This document shows, one piece after another, positions 1 to 13,130 of a stretch of DNA of 64,000 nucleotides. The DNA lies in contig AP026128.1 in NCBI GenBank assembly GCA_030295235.1, positions 992,001 through 1,056,000 on the forward strand. The letters run 5' to 3'. Source of the DNA: Fistulifera solaris (Eukaryota). The position numbers were made by a program, and so were the translations under genes. The notes under the pieces were generated by a model. The model was not told the origin of the DNA and ran no database searches. It worked only from the letters and a program-made list of their open reading frames with translations. Numbering within the stretch: the first letter of the stretch is position 1; every line of letters begins with the position of its first letter.

Positions 1-348
1 GCTGAGACAGATCCCGCCTTTATGGAAGAGTTCTGTGAGAAACACTGCGAAACGAAGCATCATTACGGTAACAAACCCGTGAATGGCAATGGACTGTCGC
101 GCTTGCAAGAATTCTGTCAACTCGTCTTTGAACTCGATGTCGACAACGTGGTAGCTGGAGGGCATTCACTGTGGTTCCGTTCCTTCTTCCAGACCTACTT
201 GTTTTCAGAACATGTTGCACAAAAGAAAAAAGATTGTAAATGGTGGTCTTGTCAGTTTTACTTTGGAAAAGTGGAAACTGAGACGAAAGAGATTGCGTAT
301 CGAGTGAATTCGAGCAGTGTTACCGTGCTTCATCGCGGATTCGGTTAA
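1..348 (+). CDS. 3' end of a histidine phosphatase/phosphoglycerate mutase-like protein (partial)
   Basis: 'VVAGGHSLWFRSFF' resembles the second catalytic His segment. A shifted frame gives 'KKKIVNGGLVSFTLEK'. Truncated by the window edge. Confidence 0.45.
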   Translation, partial: AETDPAFMEEFCEKHCETKHHYGNKPVNGNGLSRLQEFCQLVFELDVDNVVAGGHSLWFRSFFQTYLFSEHVAQKKKDCKWWSCQFYFGKVETETKEIAYRVNSSSVTVLHRGFG

Positions 349-936
349 TCATCGTTGCCCTAACTTTCCTGATGACAGTACCTTATCGAAGTCGGGCTAT
401 TAGACAGCATAATACCGTTTCTTGTGAACTTCTTAGCTATCTAGATCTAGCACCTAGCTTTTCGTCAATCCGTCATCCGACGGTTGATCGCGGTAAATTG
501 TAAACTGCCCACACTTCGAACTTCGAAATGCCGTTCAACGTTCAACTAACCTTATAATCAAAATGTTAACTGACCGCTCATTCAACCAGCGAAGATGTGA
601 GAGGCAGGGTTCCTTTTCCGTACGAATTCCACCGAAATTCCTGGAATTCGAGTGGCAGATGGGCGAAACAAAACAGCTCTTCATGTACAATATGAGCTAT
701 AGTACTTCCAGTTACGTATGTCGCTTACGGACAATGACCTATGCTTCAAGAAAGGACGAGAAGAGTTCCGTCAAAGCGAAATAATTGACATCCATCGGAG
801 CCTCTTTACCAGGTAATTGTATTGTTGTTGATTGTTCTCGGTGTCGTTGAAATCAATTCTGATCCCTTTGACATCATTAATTCAGTAGTTTCATCTTTTG
901 TTTATATCCTGTTCCTTTGAATCGAGCTAAAGAACC

Positions 937-2115
937 ATGACACGGAAAGATTTGCCGTCATCCTGTCCCGAAACGCTCTCAACGTCTCCAGCCAAATTTG
1001 ATCTCCCAATATACTGGGATGGCCTGGCCAAATCGGCGTACGGTTCAACGTACGCCTTTTTACCGGATTTTACGGAACATCCGAAACCAAAACGACGACC
1101 GACGGTGCAAGTTTCAAAACCAGAATTGTCGAATTCGAATCAAGAGGACGATGTCACGTTCTTTCACGACTTTGTTGCAGGAGGTGTAGCGGGATGCGCT
1201 TCTGTCATTGTGGGTCACCCTTTTGATTCCATGAAAGTACGACAACAAACGAATGCTACGGGAACAGCGTCGTTACGTTCGCTCTTTCGGGGCATGTCGG
1301 CTCCGTTGAGTGCAGCTACGGCGATCAATGCCGTCGTCTTTGGGAGTTACGGGGGAGCCAGTCGCTTCTATGACGAATACATTCAGGCTCCTCAAGAAAC
1401 GGATTTGAATCATGATCCCTGGCAAAAAAGTTGGGTATGTGGTAGTTTCGCTGGTATGGTACAATGTGTCATCATCGCACCGATGGAGCATGTCAAACTA
1501 AGAGTTCAAACGTCCGCCGAGTTGAAAGGTTCACGGCAAGCCGTTTCGCTCATTGTCAAAAACTATGGAGTACCAAAGTTGTTTCAAGGGTGGTGGAGTA
1601 CGTTTCTGCGCGAAGTGCCGGCATTCGGTCTTTATTTTGCCTCCTATGACTATATGAAAGACGCTTGCTTGACCTATTTGTCCGGAGGCGACAGCAGTGC
1701 CGAAGCCGCTGCTCAAATGAATTCCAGTCACGCTTGGCTAGCTTCCGCCATGGCCGGTGGCTCTGCGGGATGTCTCACGTGGGGCTTTGTTTACCCAATC
1801 GACGTGATAAAGGTACGTTTGTGTCGAGAATGCTGTTTGCCTACTGTATATTGACTTCGAGAGAACGTTTTGACTAACACTTTATTTGTTTCTCTCGCTC
1901 TTTTCGCACAGACTCATATTCAGATTGCACCTCTTGACAAACCTGCACCACGAATCTTGACGACGGCGCAAAAGATCATTCAAACAGCTGGATACCGAGC
2001 CCTCTTCCGTGGATTAGGCATCACTTTGATACGAGCTTTTCCAGTCAACGGTACCATTTTTCCGGTGTACGAATTCACACTGAAAAAGGTGGTAGCTTGG
2101 GAGAATGGTAACTAA
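937..2115 (+). CDS. Mitochondrial carrier (SLC25), carnitine/acylcarnitine or basic amino acid type
   Basis: Three Px[DE]xx[KR] signatures (PFDSMK, PMEHVK, PIDVIK), plus REVPAF and RAFPVN. GT-AG intron 1813-1911 joins the two ORFs. Confidence 0.92.
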
Positions 2116-3988
2116 ACGAATACTCTAATTCGGTTTGTACCTAGTTTGTAGCACTAGCTAGAGTGTCGTACGTCAGTCGTCTTCACTCGATTAGCTGTCA
2201 ATTGACTTTCGACTCCTCCATGTTGAACAATTGTTTCAATAAAGATGACTCTCACCGACAGGGCTCAACGTTTCGCCAAAACGGAATAGACGCGCGGCTT
2301 ACTTTGCCGAAGTCAGAGACTGGGGTAACAAGATGGACGAAAGCGTTCTGTCCGCCGCCTGTATGTAGTACATGTGTCCGCTCATTTCGCTGGTTGATTG
2401 TTGTGATAAAGAAGCCCGCTCGCGCCCGACGGGATCCAGAGACTGCGTATAAATTGACTACAGCACAAATTAGAAATAGACGAGGCTGAGGAAGTAGACG
2501 CAAATCGTTAGCAGGATCAAAATGAGGGCATGGGGACGAATGCACGAAAGAAAAGGAAGAAGACGCCTCATTTTAAAAACGCGATGCAACGAAGCGCTCA
2601 CCAATCTGCACAAAATCAATTTTAAACGCCATGAGCAAGCGATTGCTCTGCTGATTCTAGTTTCTTTGCGTTTCCTTTCCACCTTTCGTCGGCCTCATTC
2701 ATTCGCTCACATTTTAGGCCAATCCGTCGTTTCTGATTTCTATTGCAAATAATGCTTTCCTGCGCATCTGTATCCTTGATACAGTAAGACGATTGAGTGA
2801 GTAGTAATGACTTTAAATGAAGAATGCAGATCACATGTCGCTTGTTGATAGTCTTCATAGGTTCAACCATCAACCCGAATTCTCACTCCATTCATTTATT
2901 CGTCCCACGATCCATCGCGCAAAATTGTGATCCTTTGCCATAAAGTTTCACATTGTCACTATAGTGGCTTATCCGTTGGGGTCTTCGTCTACTAAATACC
3001 TTTTCAAATGTCCCTCTGAGTCTAGCTAAATTATTAAATTAGCCATGATTGCGAAACTTTTGGTACTGAAGGGAATCTGTTTCGCTCATACTAAAATAAG
3101 ATGCATCTCGTTGGGTGGCATTTTGGTCGACCTTGTAGACCCAAAAGACATGCCAGTTTCTTGACCGAATGATTTCAAAAAAAAACGCGATCGGCTTACC
3201 GAAAGCCGAAATATTTGACCTTCCTTTACTTCACCACCACAAAGCTCCTCTTTCATAAGTAAAAGCATTGCCGGATCAGAAGGAATTCAAATGTAAGTTA
3301 CAATTTTGCAGAAGGATGAAAACGAAGGAATGAAAGGAATTTTCTCCATCCCATTTTTTAGCGACCATGGTCGTCCGTCGGAGCGTTGAGAAAGCAGGCC
3401 CGGCGTTCCGCGAAATTCAAATACGCATAGTATCTTCCGTTCCAGTACCGTGTCCGGGATGTCTATTGTCAGACAGTAGACTACCTTTTTATTGCCTTGT
3501 TCAGCTTTGTATACGAACATTAATCGTTGCCGAAATTTCGATGCGGTTTTGACTTTGGACAGCGATACAAGGCAGTACATGGTGACCGCGACTTGTTTGA
3601 CGGAAGCAGTCAGCAAGTGTTTTTGCGGTTTGGATTCGTGCTCGCCGCCCCTCCATCGATGGACACGTCCGCAATTTTCGGGGTGTAGGAAATTCGATTG
3701 TTTCTCATTGCCTTTTAATCTCCAAAAGAGGAGCAACTTTTGACTGTTTTATCGAAAAAGATTGCATGTTTTTGTCGAATTGTCGTGGGTATGTTCTTCC
3801 GAAAGTTGCTATCGTCATTTTTTGTGACAATGACAAGGTGCACGCTGTTCGTTTGAATTTCCGTTCTCAACGCACCGAATCGCTAAATCCTTCATTGCTG
3901 ACGACACCAAATCGGAAAGCGTGGCCTTCATGCTCCCCTGACTTCATCGCATAGTCTCACTTTGGCGTTTTTTATTCAACAGAGCATC

Positions 3989-4660
3989 ATGTCAGCATAT
4001 GCGTTACCAGGATTCTTTCCTCCGTTAGATACAACATTCGGTTCAACTTGCAAAAGTTCTTGTGAGACTACCAATGCTTCTTGCCAGAATGTTACGGATA
4101 TGGCGGATGTCAAGATTGATAACAAGGTGTCATCACGGCCAGTTGTTACAATATTACGAGCCAAGGTAGATCCAATTCGACTGATTGAGTCGCTCACCGC
4201 ACAAAGACCCAAACGTATCTTCCGCAGAAGACGATGCAACGACTCTTCTTCACAAAATCCCCAGGAATCCGCCATGGATTTTGAACTCAGTATGAGTACT
4301 GCCAACGGTCGCACTACAACAGTGGTGCGCACCATGGAGTCGATTCGTCGACTTCGCAAGGATCTATCGAGCTACACGAACGTTCCGGAATTGCCTGCGC
4401 TCAAAAATGATTGTCTCGGTTTTACACTCATGCACGACGCGTTACGGGTGTATTCTCCGTTACTGGCGCAATGGTTCCGCGATGTCATTCCTCATGTCGA
4501 AAATTTGAATGTGTGGTCCGAGTTCTGGTATCCCGAGACGACGAATCTGAGCTGCAACAACTCCTGGATGAGCAACTCATTGCTGCGACACCGAATATCG
4601 GCTCCGGTCATGTTGCACGCCATTGAAGAGTCGGAGTCAGATGATTCGGATGAAGAATAA
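3989..4660 (+). CDS. Hypothetical protein
   Basis: Uninterrupted 223-codon ORF with an acidic C-terminus. No confidently recognised domain. Confidence 0.65.
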   Translation: MSAYALPGFFPPLDTTFGSTCKSSCETTNASCQNVTDMADVKIDNKVSSRPVVTILRAKVDPIRLIESLTAQRPKRIFRRRRCNDSSSQNPQESAMDFELSMSTANGRTTTVVRTMESIRRLRKDLSSYTNVPELPALKNDCLGFTLMHDALRVYSPLLAQWFRDVIPHVENLNVWSEFWYPETTNLSCNNSWMSNSLLRHRISAPVMLHAIEESESDDSDEE

Positions 4661-5486
4661 AGAGAAGAAAAAAGGCGTTTTTGATGATTATTTACATGTT
4701 GTTATGTTTCTGAGCAAGCTACCAGAGCATGGTTCCAAATTAAATTCCTAATACACAGTTTCGCGACTCAGATTATTGCATTCGTAGCAAAGCTTGAATA
4801 AGACACTAGCAATTACAGCTTCCCGCGGTGCAAGCCATGGTCAAGATTTATTCCGAGAAGCCCACACGATGTCGTTGATGATTGCTACATCAATGTCGCA
4901 GATCGATGGCATCGTTTTACTCTGTTGTTGTCTTCTCGAGCAATGAATGAGAACTGATCTGAGAAGGCGCGCGTTTTCACGAAAGTAAAAGAGCGTCATG
5001 GCAAGCGACTTACGAGAGTACAAGTTCCGGTGGACAAGGATGTGAATAATCGTCCGTGATGGTATCTTTCGAATCGATCCTGGGCACCGACAGGGCATTC
5101 AACACAAAATAAACAACGATGGTCGCAAAAAGATCACAACCAAAGAAGCAACGCCTTGTTGGTGAAAGGTTACGGGGTCGAAATAATAATCCAACCCTTG
5201 TAAGAGACGACTAACCCAAAGTACATAGAGACCTCCCACAAGGAGAACCGATACGTGCAAGACAAAGCCGCAATTTGCGGCAGACGCGTTCTTGCTGGAC
5301 ATGCTATCAATGATTGACTATTTGATGAAACCACCTAGCTGCTCGATTCTCACCATGCATGTTGCACTGTTTTTTATCCGCATTCATGCAAAAGATGCTC
5401 ATGTGAAAACAACAAGGGACAACATAATCATCACCTGCTCCTCGGCATGTGATGGCGAAACGGGCGCAAATAAGATCAAAGCTATC

Positions 5487-7735
5487 TCCGGGTACCCCCT
5501 CTGTCCATAAATTTCCCTACGAGAGCTACGTGAAATCTACGTAGACATTCGAAGCGATGCATCTTTCACGCTTATTGCATATTATTGAAGTCACTTTGGT
5601 GTCGATTATAGGTTGTTGGCACTTATGATTTGTGATTCGTGTCGAAGAAGGCGAACAAAACACTGGTGCGGTTTTGACCCGAAAGATGGTGTGATCAAAA
5701 TAACCCAATATCCGGGTACCCCCTCTGTCGATAAATTTCCATACGAGAGCTACGTGAAATCTACATAGACATTCGAAGCGATGCATCTTTCACGCTTATT
5801 GCATATTATTGAAGTCACTTTGGTGTCGATTATAGGTTGTTGGCACTTGTGATTTGTTATTCGTGTCGAAGAAGGCGAACAAAACACTGGTGCGGTTTTG
5901 ACCCGAAAGATGGTGTGATCAAAATAACCCAATATCCGGGTACCCCCTCTGTCGATAAATTTCCATACGAGGGCTACGTGAAATCTACGTAGACATTCGA
6001 AGCGATGCATCTTTCACGCTTATTGCATATTATTGAAGTCACTTTGGTGTCGATTATAGGTTGTTGGCACTTGTGATTTGTGATTCGTGTCGAAGAAGGC
6101 GAACAAAACACTGGTGCGGTTTTGACCCGAAAGATGGTGTGATCAAAATAACCCAATATCCGGGTACCCCCTCTGTCGATAAATTTCCATACGAGGGCTA
6201 CGTGAAATCTACGTAGACATTCGAAGCGATGCATCTTTCACGCTTATTGCATATTATTGAAGTCACTTTGGTGTCGATTATAGGTTGTTGGCACTTGTGA
6301 TTTGTGATTCGTGTCGAAGAAGGCGAACAAAACATTGGTGCGGTTTTGACCCGAAAGATGGTGTGATCAAAATAACCCAATATCCGGGTACCCCCTCTGT
6401 CGATAAATTTCCATACGAGGGCTACGTGAAATCTACGTAGACATTCGAAGCGATGCATCTTTCACGCTTATTGCATATTATTGAAGTCACTTTGGTGTCG
6501 ATTATAGGTTGTTGGCACTTGTGATTTGTGATTCGTGTCGAAGAAGGCGAACAAAACATTGGTGCGGTTTTGACCCGAAAGATGGTGTGATCAAAATAAC
6601 CCAATATCCGGGTACCCCCTCTGTCGATAAATTTCCATACGAGAGCTACGTGAAATCTACATAGACATTCGAAGCGATGCATCTTTCACGCTTATTGCAT
6701 ATTATTGAAGTCACTTTGGTGTCGATTATAGGTTGTTGGCACTTGTGATTTGTGATTCGTGTCGAAGAAGGCGAACAAAACATTGGTGCGGTTTTGACCC
6801 GAAAGATGGTGTGATCAAAATAACCCAATATCCGGGTTCCCCCTCTGTCGATAAATTTCCATACGAGAGCTACGTGAAATCTACATAGACATTCGAAGCG
6901 ATGCATCTTTCACGCTTATTGCATATTATTGAAGTCACTTTGGTGTCGATTATAGGTTGTTGGCACTTGTGATTTGTGATTCGTGTCGAAGAAGGCGAAC
7001 AAAACATTGGTGCGGTTTTGACCCGAAAGATGGTGTGATCAAAATAACCCAATATCCGGGTACCCCCTCTGTCGATAAATTTCCATACGAGGGCTACGTG
7101 AAATCTACGTAGACATTCGAAGCGATGCATCTTTCACGCTTATTGCATATTATTGAAGTCACTTTGGTGTCGATTATAGGTTGTTGGCACTTGTGATTTG
7201 TGATTCGTGTCGAAGAAGGCGAACAAAACACTGGTGCGGTTTTGACCCGAAAGATGGTGTGATCAAAATAACCCAATATCCGGGTACCCCCTCTGTCGAT
7301 AAATTTCCATACGAGAGCTACGTGAAATCTACGTAGACATTCGAAGCGATGCATCTTTCACGCTTATTGCATATTATTGAAGTCACTTTGGTGTCGATTA
7401 TAGGTTGTTGGCACTTGTGATTTGTTATTCGTGTCGAAGAAGGCGAACAAAACATTGGTGCGGTTTTGACCCGAAAGATGGTGTGATCAAAATAACCCAA
7501 TATCCGGGTACCCCCTCTGTCGATAAATTTCCATACGAGAGCTACGTGAAATCTACATAGACATTCGAAGCGATGCATCTTTCACGCTTATTGCATATTA
7601 TTGAAGTCACTTTGGTGTCGATTATAGGTTGTTGGCACTTGTGATTTGTGATTCGTGTCGAAGAAGGCGAACAAAACATTGGTGCGGTTTTGACCCGAAA
7701 GATGGTGTGATCAAAATAACCCAATATCCGTGTAC
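5487..7735. repeat. Tandem satellite, 224-bp unit x 10
   Basis: TCCGGGTACCCCCTCTGTC recurs every 224 bp. Units differ by only a few substitutions. Confidence 0.98.
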
Positions 7736-8283
7736 CAGAAATATTGGACCAGTTGTATTTCAATTGTGCAGAAAATCTGGCTGGTCCTGAATTTCTGGAC
7801 CAGATGTAGATCATTCATACAGAAAATCCTGTTCGGTCCAGAAATTCTGGACCAGTTGTATTCTCATTAATACAGATAATAATCTGGGCTGGTCCAGATT
7901 TTCTGGACCATTTGTAATTTCATTCATACAGAAAATCTGGGGTGGTCCAGAAATTCTGGAGCAGTTGTATTTTATTCATACAGAAAGTCTGGGGCGGTCC
8001 AGAAATTCTGGACCAGTTGGTATTTCATTCATACAGAAATCTGGGCTGGTCCAGATTTTCTGGACCAGTTGTACTTCATTCATACAGAAAATCTGGGCTA
8101 GTCCAGAAATTCTGGATTTGTAGTATTTCGTTCGTATACAGACAATCTGGGCTACTCCAGAAATTCTGGACCAGTTGTAATATCATTCATACAAAAATCT
8201 GGGCTGGTCCAGAAATTCTGGACCAGTTGAATTTCATTCATTCAGAAAATCTGGGCTGGTCCAGAAATTCTGGACCAGCTGTA
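7735..8283. repeat. Palindromic minisatellite, ~52-bp unit, ~10-11 copies
   Basis: Consensus GGTCCAGAAATTCTGGACCAGTTGTATTTCATTCATACAGAAAATCTGGGCT. Confidence 0.95.
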
Positions 8284-8419
8284 GGCTGCATTTGATTAAC
8301 GCGTGTTTTCTGTGCACGACGAACGAATAAGTTTTCCATCATGTCTTCTTTACATTTTGAATTCTATTTTTTGGTAAATAAGATGTTGGGTAAAGTTATA
8401 ATGGCATTCGGGTCGGAAA

Positions 8420-9090
8420 GATTCCGGAAAGGGTGATCGAAATAAGGTTACAATTATGGTAGAACATTCCATGCTCCACAGGGACGAGATATAATGATGG
8501 CCGAACAGCACGCTAACAAAATGATGAGTAAGGACATTCTGCTTCGTGGCGAAAAAGCTTGTTGCCTTCGTTGGATGGTGCACATGAACAGATATGGAAT
8601 TTTCGCATGATGAAAGGATGTCCTTTCGTGCTCCTGGGATGATTTTTCACTTGACGGAGACGTTGATGTTACGAAAGAGTAATCAGGTGATTCTGGGTCT
8701 AGACCTCGCAATATAAGTTGCACCTAAAGATGGATCTCCCCGTATTCAAGTCGAACCTGTTGTACCAGGTGTAAGCATTGCGGGACTGATGTTGGAAGCA
8801 ACGGAAAGATGTGTCGGTAATTTGAATAACACAGATTCGTCCTTGTTGCAGTGGGGACACGCAGATCAGAAAGATCCTGGCGGGCCAAACAATTTTGGTG
8901 GATTGTTTGACATTTTTTGTCGCGTCGGGCGAGGCAGTGCGGGAGACAGAACGAAAACGCATGTTGGCTATATGGTGCGCTTACACAGTGAATGCATTAT
9001 CGGGGATAACTTTTAATTGTGGCTTGCTGATCATGGCGCTTTGGATGAGGGCGAGGGAACAGATTATCCACACATATCACCCGGTTTCGA
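8420..9090 (+). pseudogene. Decayed inverted copy of the GH55 gene at 16694-18578
   Basis: Encodes LLRGEKAC and 'LLQWGHADQKDPGGPNNFGGLFDIFCRVG', matching 'LLEWGHADQKDPGEPGNFGGLFDIFCRVG'. Contains stops, deletions and many substitutions. Confidence 0.9.
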
Positions 9091-9238
9091 TTGCGAGAAA
9101 CAATCGAAAAGGTGCGTAATCTATAATGCGGGAAAGGAGCCTAGAGTATAAAGAACAATCAATTGTAAAACGTAAAACACAAAACACTAATAACTAAAAA
9201 GAGATTTACCCCTTCTTGAGTTGTTGCTAACAATGGCA

Positions 9239-11389
9239 TTAGATCGTTGCGGTTTCGGTAGCGGCCTCAACCTTTTCTTCGTCCTTATCTGTTTCCTTTT
9301 CACCGTTAGTCTCAGTGTCGTCTTTCTTGCCTCCAGCAGCCGGAAGAGAAGCGGGGTCTGGCAACAAGACATTCACTCCAAGAGATTTCGGATCCGCCTT
9401 TGCCTTATCGTCCTTCTCGTCGTTGGTCTTTTCACGGAGCGCCTGCGACGTTTTCTCCGCCGCTTTCTTATCACCAACATCAATCCACTTTCCAGTCTTC
9501 TCGTCTTTTTTCAAGAAACGACCGGGTGGATCTCCATTCCGGATGGCGCGAACAATCACGCGGGCGACCGAAGGCTTTTGAATTTTCGGCGCTCGAACGT
9601 AGTCAGGCCGGTGCAAAGCGACGATATCTCTGAATCGTTTGTTTCCTTTGTGGTGATTCGTCAAGCCGCCACGACCAAGTAAAATGTCATGGTCCGTAAC
9701 CAAGATGTTACCCTCGTCATCAACGGCGTTCGGAGGAAGCCCCGCCGTAACAAGCTCCGTGCTTTCCGACTTCTTTTTGGCCGCCTGTTTCGCGGCTGAG
9801 GGGACCGACACACGGATCTTCGGTTTGTAATCTGCAGCTCCCACAACAGCGCTATCAGTAGTTTTTTGTTTTTTGGCCTTGCTGCCTTCTTCGGCATCGT
9901 CGTCACCGTCTTCGTCGTCTTTACCGCCGCGGAGGGACTCGCGGAGTGCCTGTCGATCACGCTTCTCTGCATTCGATCTTTCACGGAGACCCTGCGAGGT
10001 CTTTTCAGCTGCTGTGCGATCTCCCACATCGTACCACTTTCCGTCGTCATTCTTTTCAGGAATCTATGATAGTAGCAAAAAGAGTGAGAGATTGCCTCTG
10101 TCATTCCGCATAGTCTACTGTCCTGTCAACTAATAGTACGTACCTGCCAGGAGGGGTCCCGGTTCGAATGGCGCGGACAATCTTTCGAGCGACACCGGGC
10201 TTGTCCATTTTGACGGCACGAATGTAATCGGGACGATGCAAAGCGATAATGTCACGGAATCGTCGATTTCCAGGATGACTATTGGTCATTCCACCACGAC
10301 CAAACAGCACATCCCAATCATTTGGTTCATCAATGGGCTCAGTTCCGGGTTGTGCCATATTTTCCGAAGGCAAGTCCGCAATCCCTTCACTGATATTATC
10401 TAACGGGTTTCCCAGGGCATTGTACGCAATCAAATGAATTTCCTTTTCGAGAAAGACTTCGAATACGAAAATAAGTGAAAACTGGGCGGCTTCTGCTCCT
10501 GAAAGCAACTTCCAGTTCACCTTGTCATTTGCTTCCGCCAAACGAACCAGGAATCTCGAGTTCTGAGATGCAACTGCCGCAGGAACTTTGTCCTTATCTT
10601 CCTCATACAGTTCAGCCTCATCCAGTCCCTTGAGCAGCTCGATAGCAGCTTGTACTCGGTTCTCAACAGTCCTTGTCGTTGACGATACCAAGAGCGATGC
10701 GAGACTAAAAACGGTGCGATTTCCTCCCTGCTGCTCGTACATCTTTTCAGTCTCAGCACTGTCATCACAAAGAAACAAGACAACATCTTTGGGATTGGGA
10801 AGAAGGGCTTCATCTTCGGTGGCTTTGCGCTCCAATATTTCCTTGAAATGACTATAGGGACTCAGCGTCAAATCACCCAAGTCATCGTTTTTGAACTCTT
10901 CGACCATGGCACCCGCCAGTGCATCTTTGCATCTTGGTCGGCAACTTCAATCCAGCTCTTGTCTTCTTTCTTAAGAAAGCGTCCTTGCGACTTCATGAAA
11001 GGCTTGGGGACATCTTTGAGACCCGCCAACTCATACTCCTTGCCATTCTTGACGAGATTGAAGAGGTTTTCGGCAATTTCCATGGCCTCACTGGCGGTGG
11101 AAGGAGGTGCTTTGCCTTGCAACTTCCAGATGATGCGATGCAGTCTCATCATATCTTGCAAGAGGAGATTCGTGCGGTGTCCGGCCGAGCCTTCTCCTAC
11201 AATCACATCACGGAATCTCGGTTTCAGCGTAGAGCCGTCTTCAATATCCGAAGCGGTAGCATCATCTTCCTTTACGGCAGTCTCGACGTCTTCTGTCTCT
11301 TCTGTTTGAGTCTCTTCCGTTGCGACGGGTGTTTCTTGTTTCTCTTCCGGTTCTTTTGCCTTGGCGCCTCGTTTCGCTCGACCTTTCAT
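9239..11389 (-). CDS. Multi-DUF6824 domain protein
   Basis: Two canonical motifs (DVLFGRGGMTNSHPGNRRFR, DILLGRGGLTNHHKGNKRFR...KTSQALRE) plus degenerate N-terminal copies. Intron 10064-10143. Frameshifts near 10910 and 10055. Confidence 0.85.
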
Positions 11390-12162
11390 GATGACGAATG
11401 CGGATGATGGATGATGACACGTGAATAATGAAGGATGGGTTCAATCAACCATGAATGCGAATGAATTCAATCAACAACGAAGGAGGACTGGTTTTTATCA
11501 TTCAATCACCTTCGTGAACTGACTCGTTCTCTTTTTTTTTGAGCGAGCGATTCTTTTCGCAAAAGCATGCGTTGAAAATTTCATCCACGATCACGATGAA
11601 ACCCGATCATTTCGTTTGTTTACGTAGAGTCCAGTAGTTTTTCTACAGGAGGACGGCTTTTTCATTCGGAAGAATGACCGTGTCGAATTCACATTTTGTC
11701 ATCCACGAATGTGCTACGACAGTCCCAGTATGTTTTTCTACATCATACTTGTAAAGCCATACTCTTTTTGAAATTTTGAACTTGACTCTACAACGGTAAG
11801 TAGAGGTAACAGACGTACGACGTACGAGCTTTGACGTGTTTCTTAGTAATGAATGAATCACGCTTTGACTAGGTCACGAGCCTCTCCAATTCAATTGAGA
11901 GATACTACAATTTTCCTTTATAGTAACTATCACCGTAGGGCTTCTACAGCAAGCTACATCAACGGTTATTTCAAATTTTTGCCGCCGCGTCAACAAAACA
12001 CCATCGACGAGCGAAAGATGATGCGAAGATGAAGTCCTTGATCGCTTGCTTTACAAGAAATTCCCATCAACATTCAACCTCTGTGCTGCTTTCTCAGGAG
12101 AGCATGCGTACAGTATGACGTACCTGGTTAAGCACAAAACAAGCAACGACAAGTGAGAAAAA

Positions 12163-13089
12163 ATGACGAAAAGACCTGTTCGAGGAGTGTTCGGGGGCGG
12201 CTGGCACTGGTTGAGTCGGAAGAAACGCTCGAGTCCTGCAAAGGCAGTCTCTGTGACCCCCAAAACTCTTTGCAGCGAGGATGACGAAGAAGAATCGGCC
12301 CTATTGGCATCGACTGGCACGCAGTCTTCGCAAGAGCACAGTACGTCCGGGTTCACTCCCGTAGCCAAGAAGCGCCGTAACACATTTGGTAGTCGCAAAG
12401 CGCCTCAGATTTATCATTCAGTCTCCGATGATCTGTTCTTCTCGCCAAGTATTCTCTGTCGGAAGAGCACAATAAGAGTGGAAGGTAATGCGACGAGAAG
12501 GAAAGATCAAAGTAAAGACTCGTCTCCCTCGAACGAATCATCGAGTTCATCGCATTCAGAAAGCCAACTCAGTAGACAATTTGATTGCGAGGGGCAACAG
12601 AAATCACAGGAAATGGCGGACTCAACATTATTTAGTGTCTCTGCGAATGAATCCCTTAATTCGGGAAAATCTTCCATTATAGGGATTACTCAGGGTAAAC
12701 TTCAGAATACGAAAAACATTTCACAAGACAAGGAATTTGATTTTGACGACTCCACAACAATTCATTCCGCTGTCAATCGTACAGAAATGAAACAGCCCTC
12801 CAGTACCATGACGTCGCTCGACGAAGCACGAGCCTATTTCGCACAACTGGACGCTTCTCCGATCGTCATGGAGGCCGTCGATGACCGAGAACGACATCGT
12901 AACGTGGTACGCACGCGGCGTCGATTGCTTCCGACTCATCCGACCGTGAGGAAAGAATACAGAGAGTACGTACAAGCCTGCGAATGTGCAAAAGTGCCCG
13001 CCATGCCGTTGGAAGAGTTTGCGCGGCATCGAAAATTATTCCAAGCGAACGATGTAATATATGAGGGATTTTTGGATGTAGAAGATTGA
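12163..13089 (+). CDS. Hypothetical Ser-rich protein
   Basis: 308-aa ORF with a low-complexity N-terminal half and an ordered-looking C-terminus. Confidence 0.7.
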   Translation: MTKRPVRGVFGGGWHWLSRKKRSSPAKAVSVTPKTLCSEDDEEESALLASTGTQSSQEHSTSGFTPVAKKRRNTFGSRKAPQIYHSVSDDLFFSPSILCRKSTIRVEGNATRRKDQSKDSSPSNESSSSSHSESQLSRQFDCEGQQKSQEMADSTLFSVSANESLNSGKSSIIGITQGKLQNTKNISQDKEFDFDDSTTIHSAVNRTEMKQPSSTMTSLDEARAYFAQLDASPIVMEAVDDRERHRNVVRTRRRLLPTHPTVRKEYREYVQACECAKVPAMPLEEFARHRKLFQANDVIYEGFLDVED

Positions 13090-13130
13090 AGCCACGTTTC
13101 ATAGTTAATTTTTATATCTTTATCAAGTAT

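Noticed and set aside
4841..5460. Possible decayed membrane-protein gene on the minus strand
   Set aside because: Only short hydrophobic ORFs with no recognisable family.
5526..7814. Ten repeated 86-aa ORFs
   Set aside because: By-product of the 224-bp satellite. The ORFs overlap one another and have no recognisable domain.
7735..8283. Heat-shock element arrays (GAA..TTC)
   Set aside because: Spacing is GAA-N-TTC, not the required GAA-NN-TTC.
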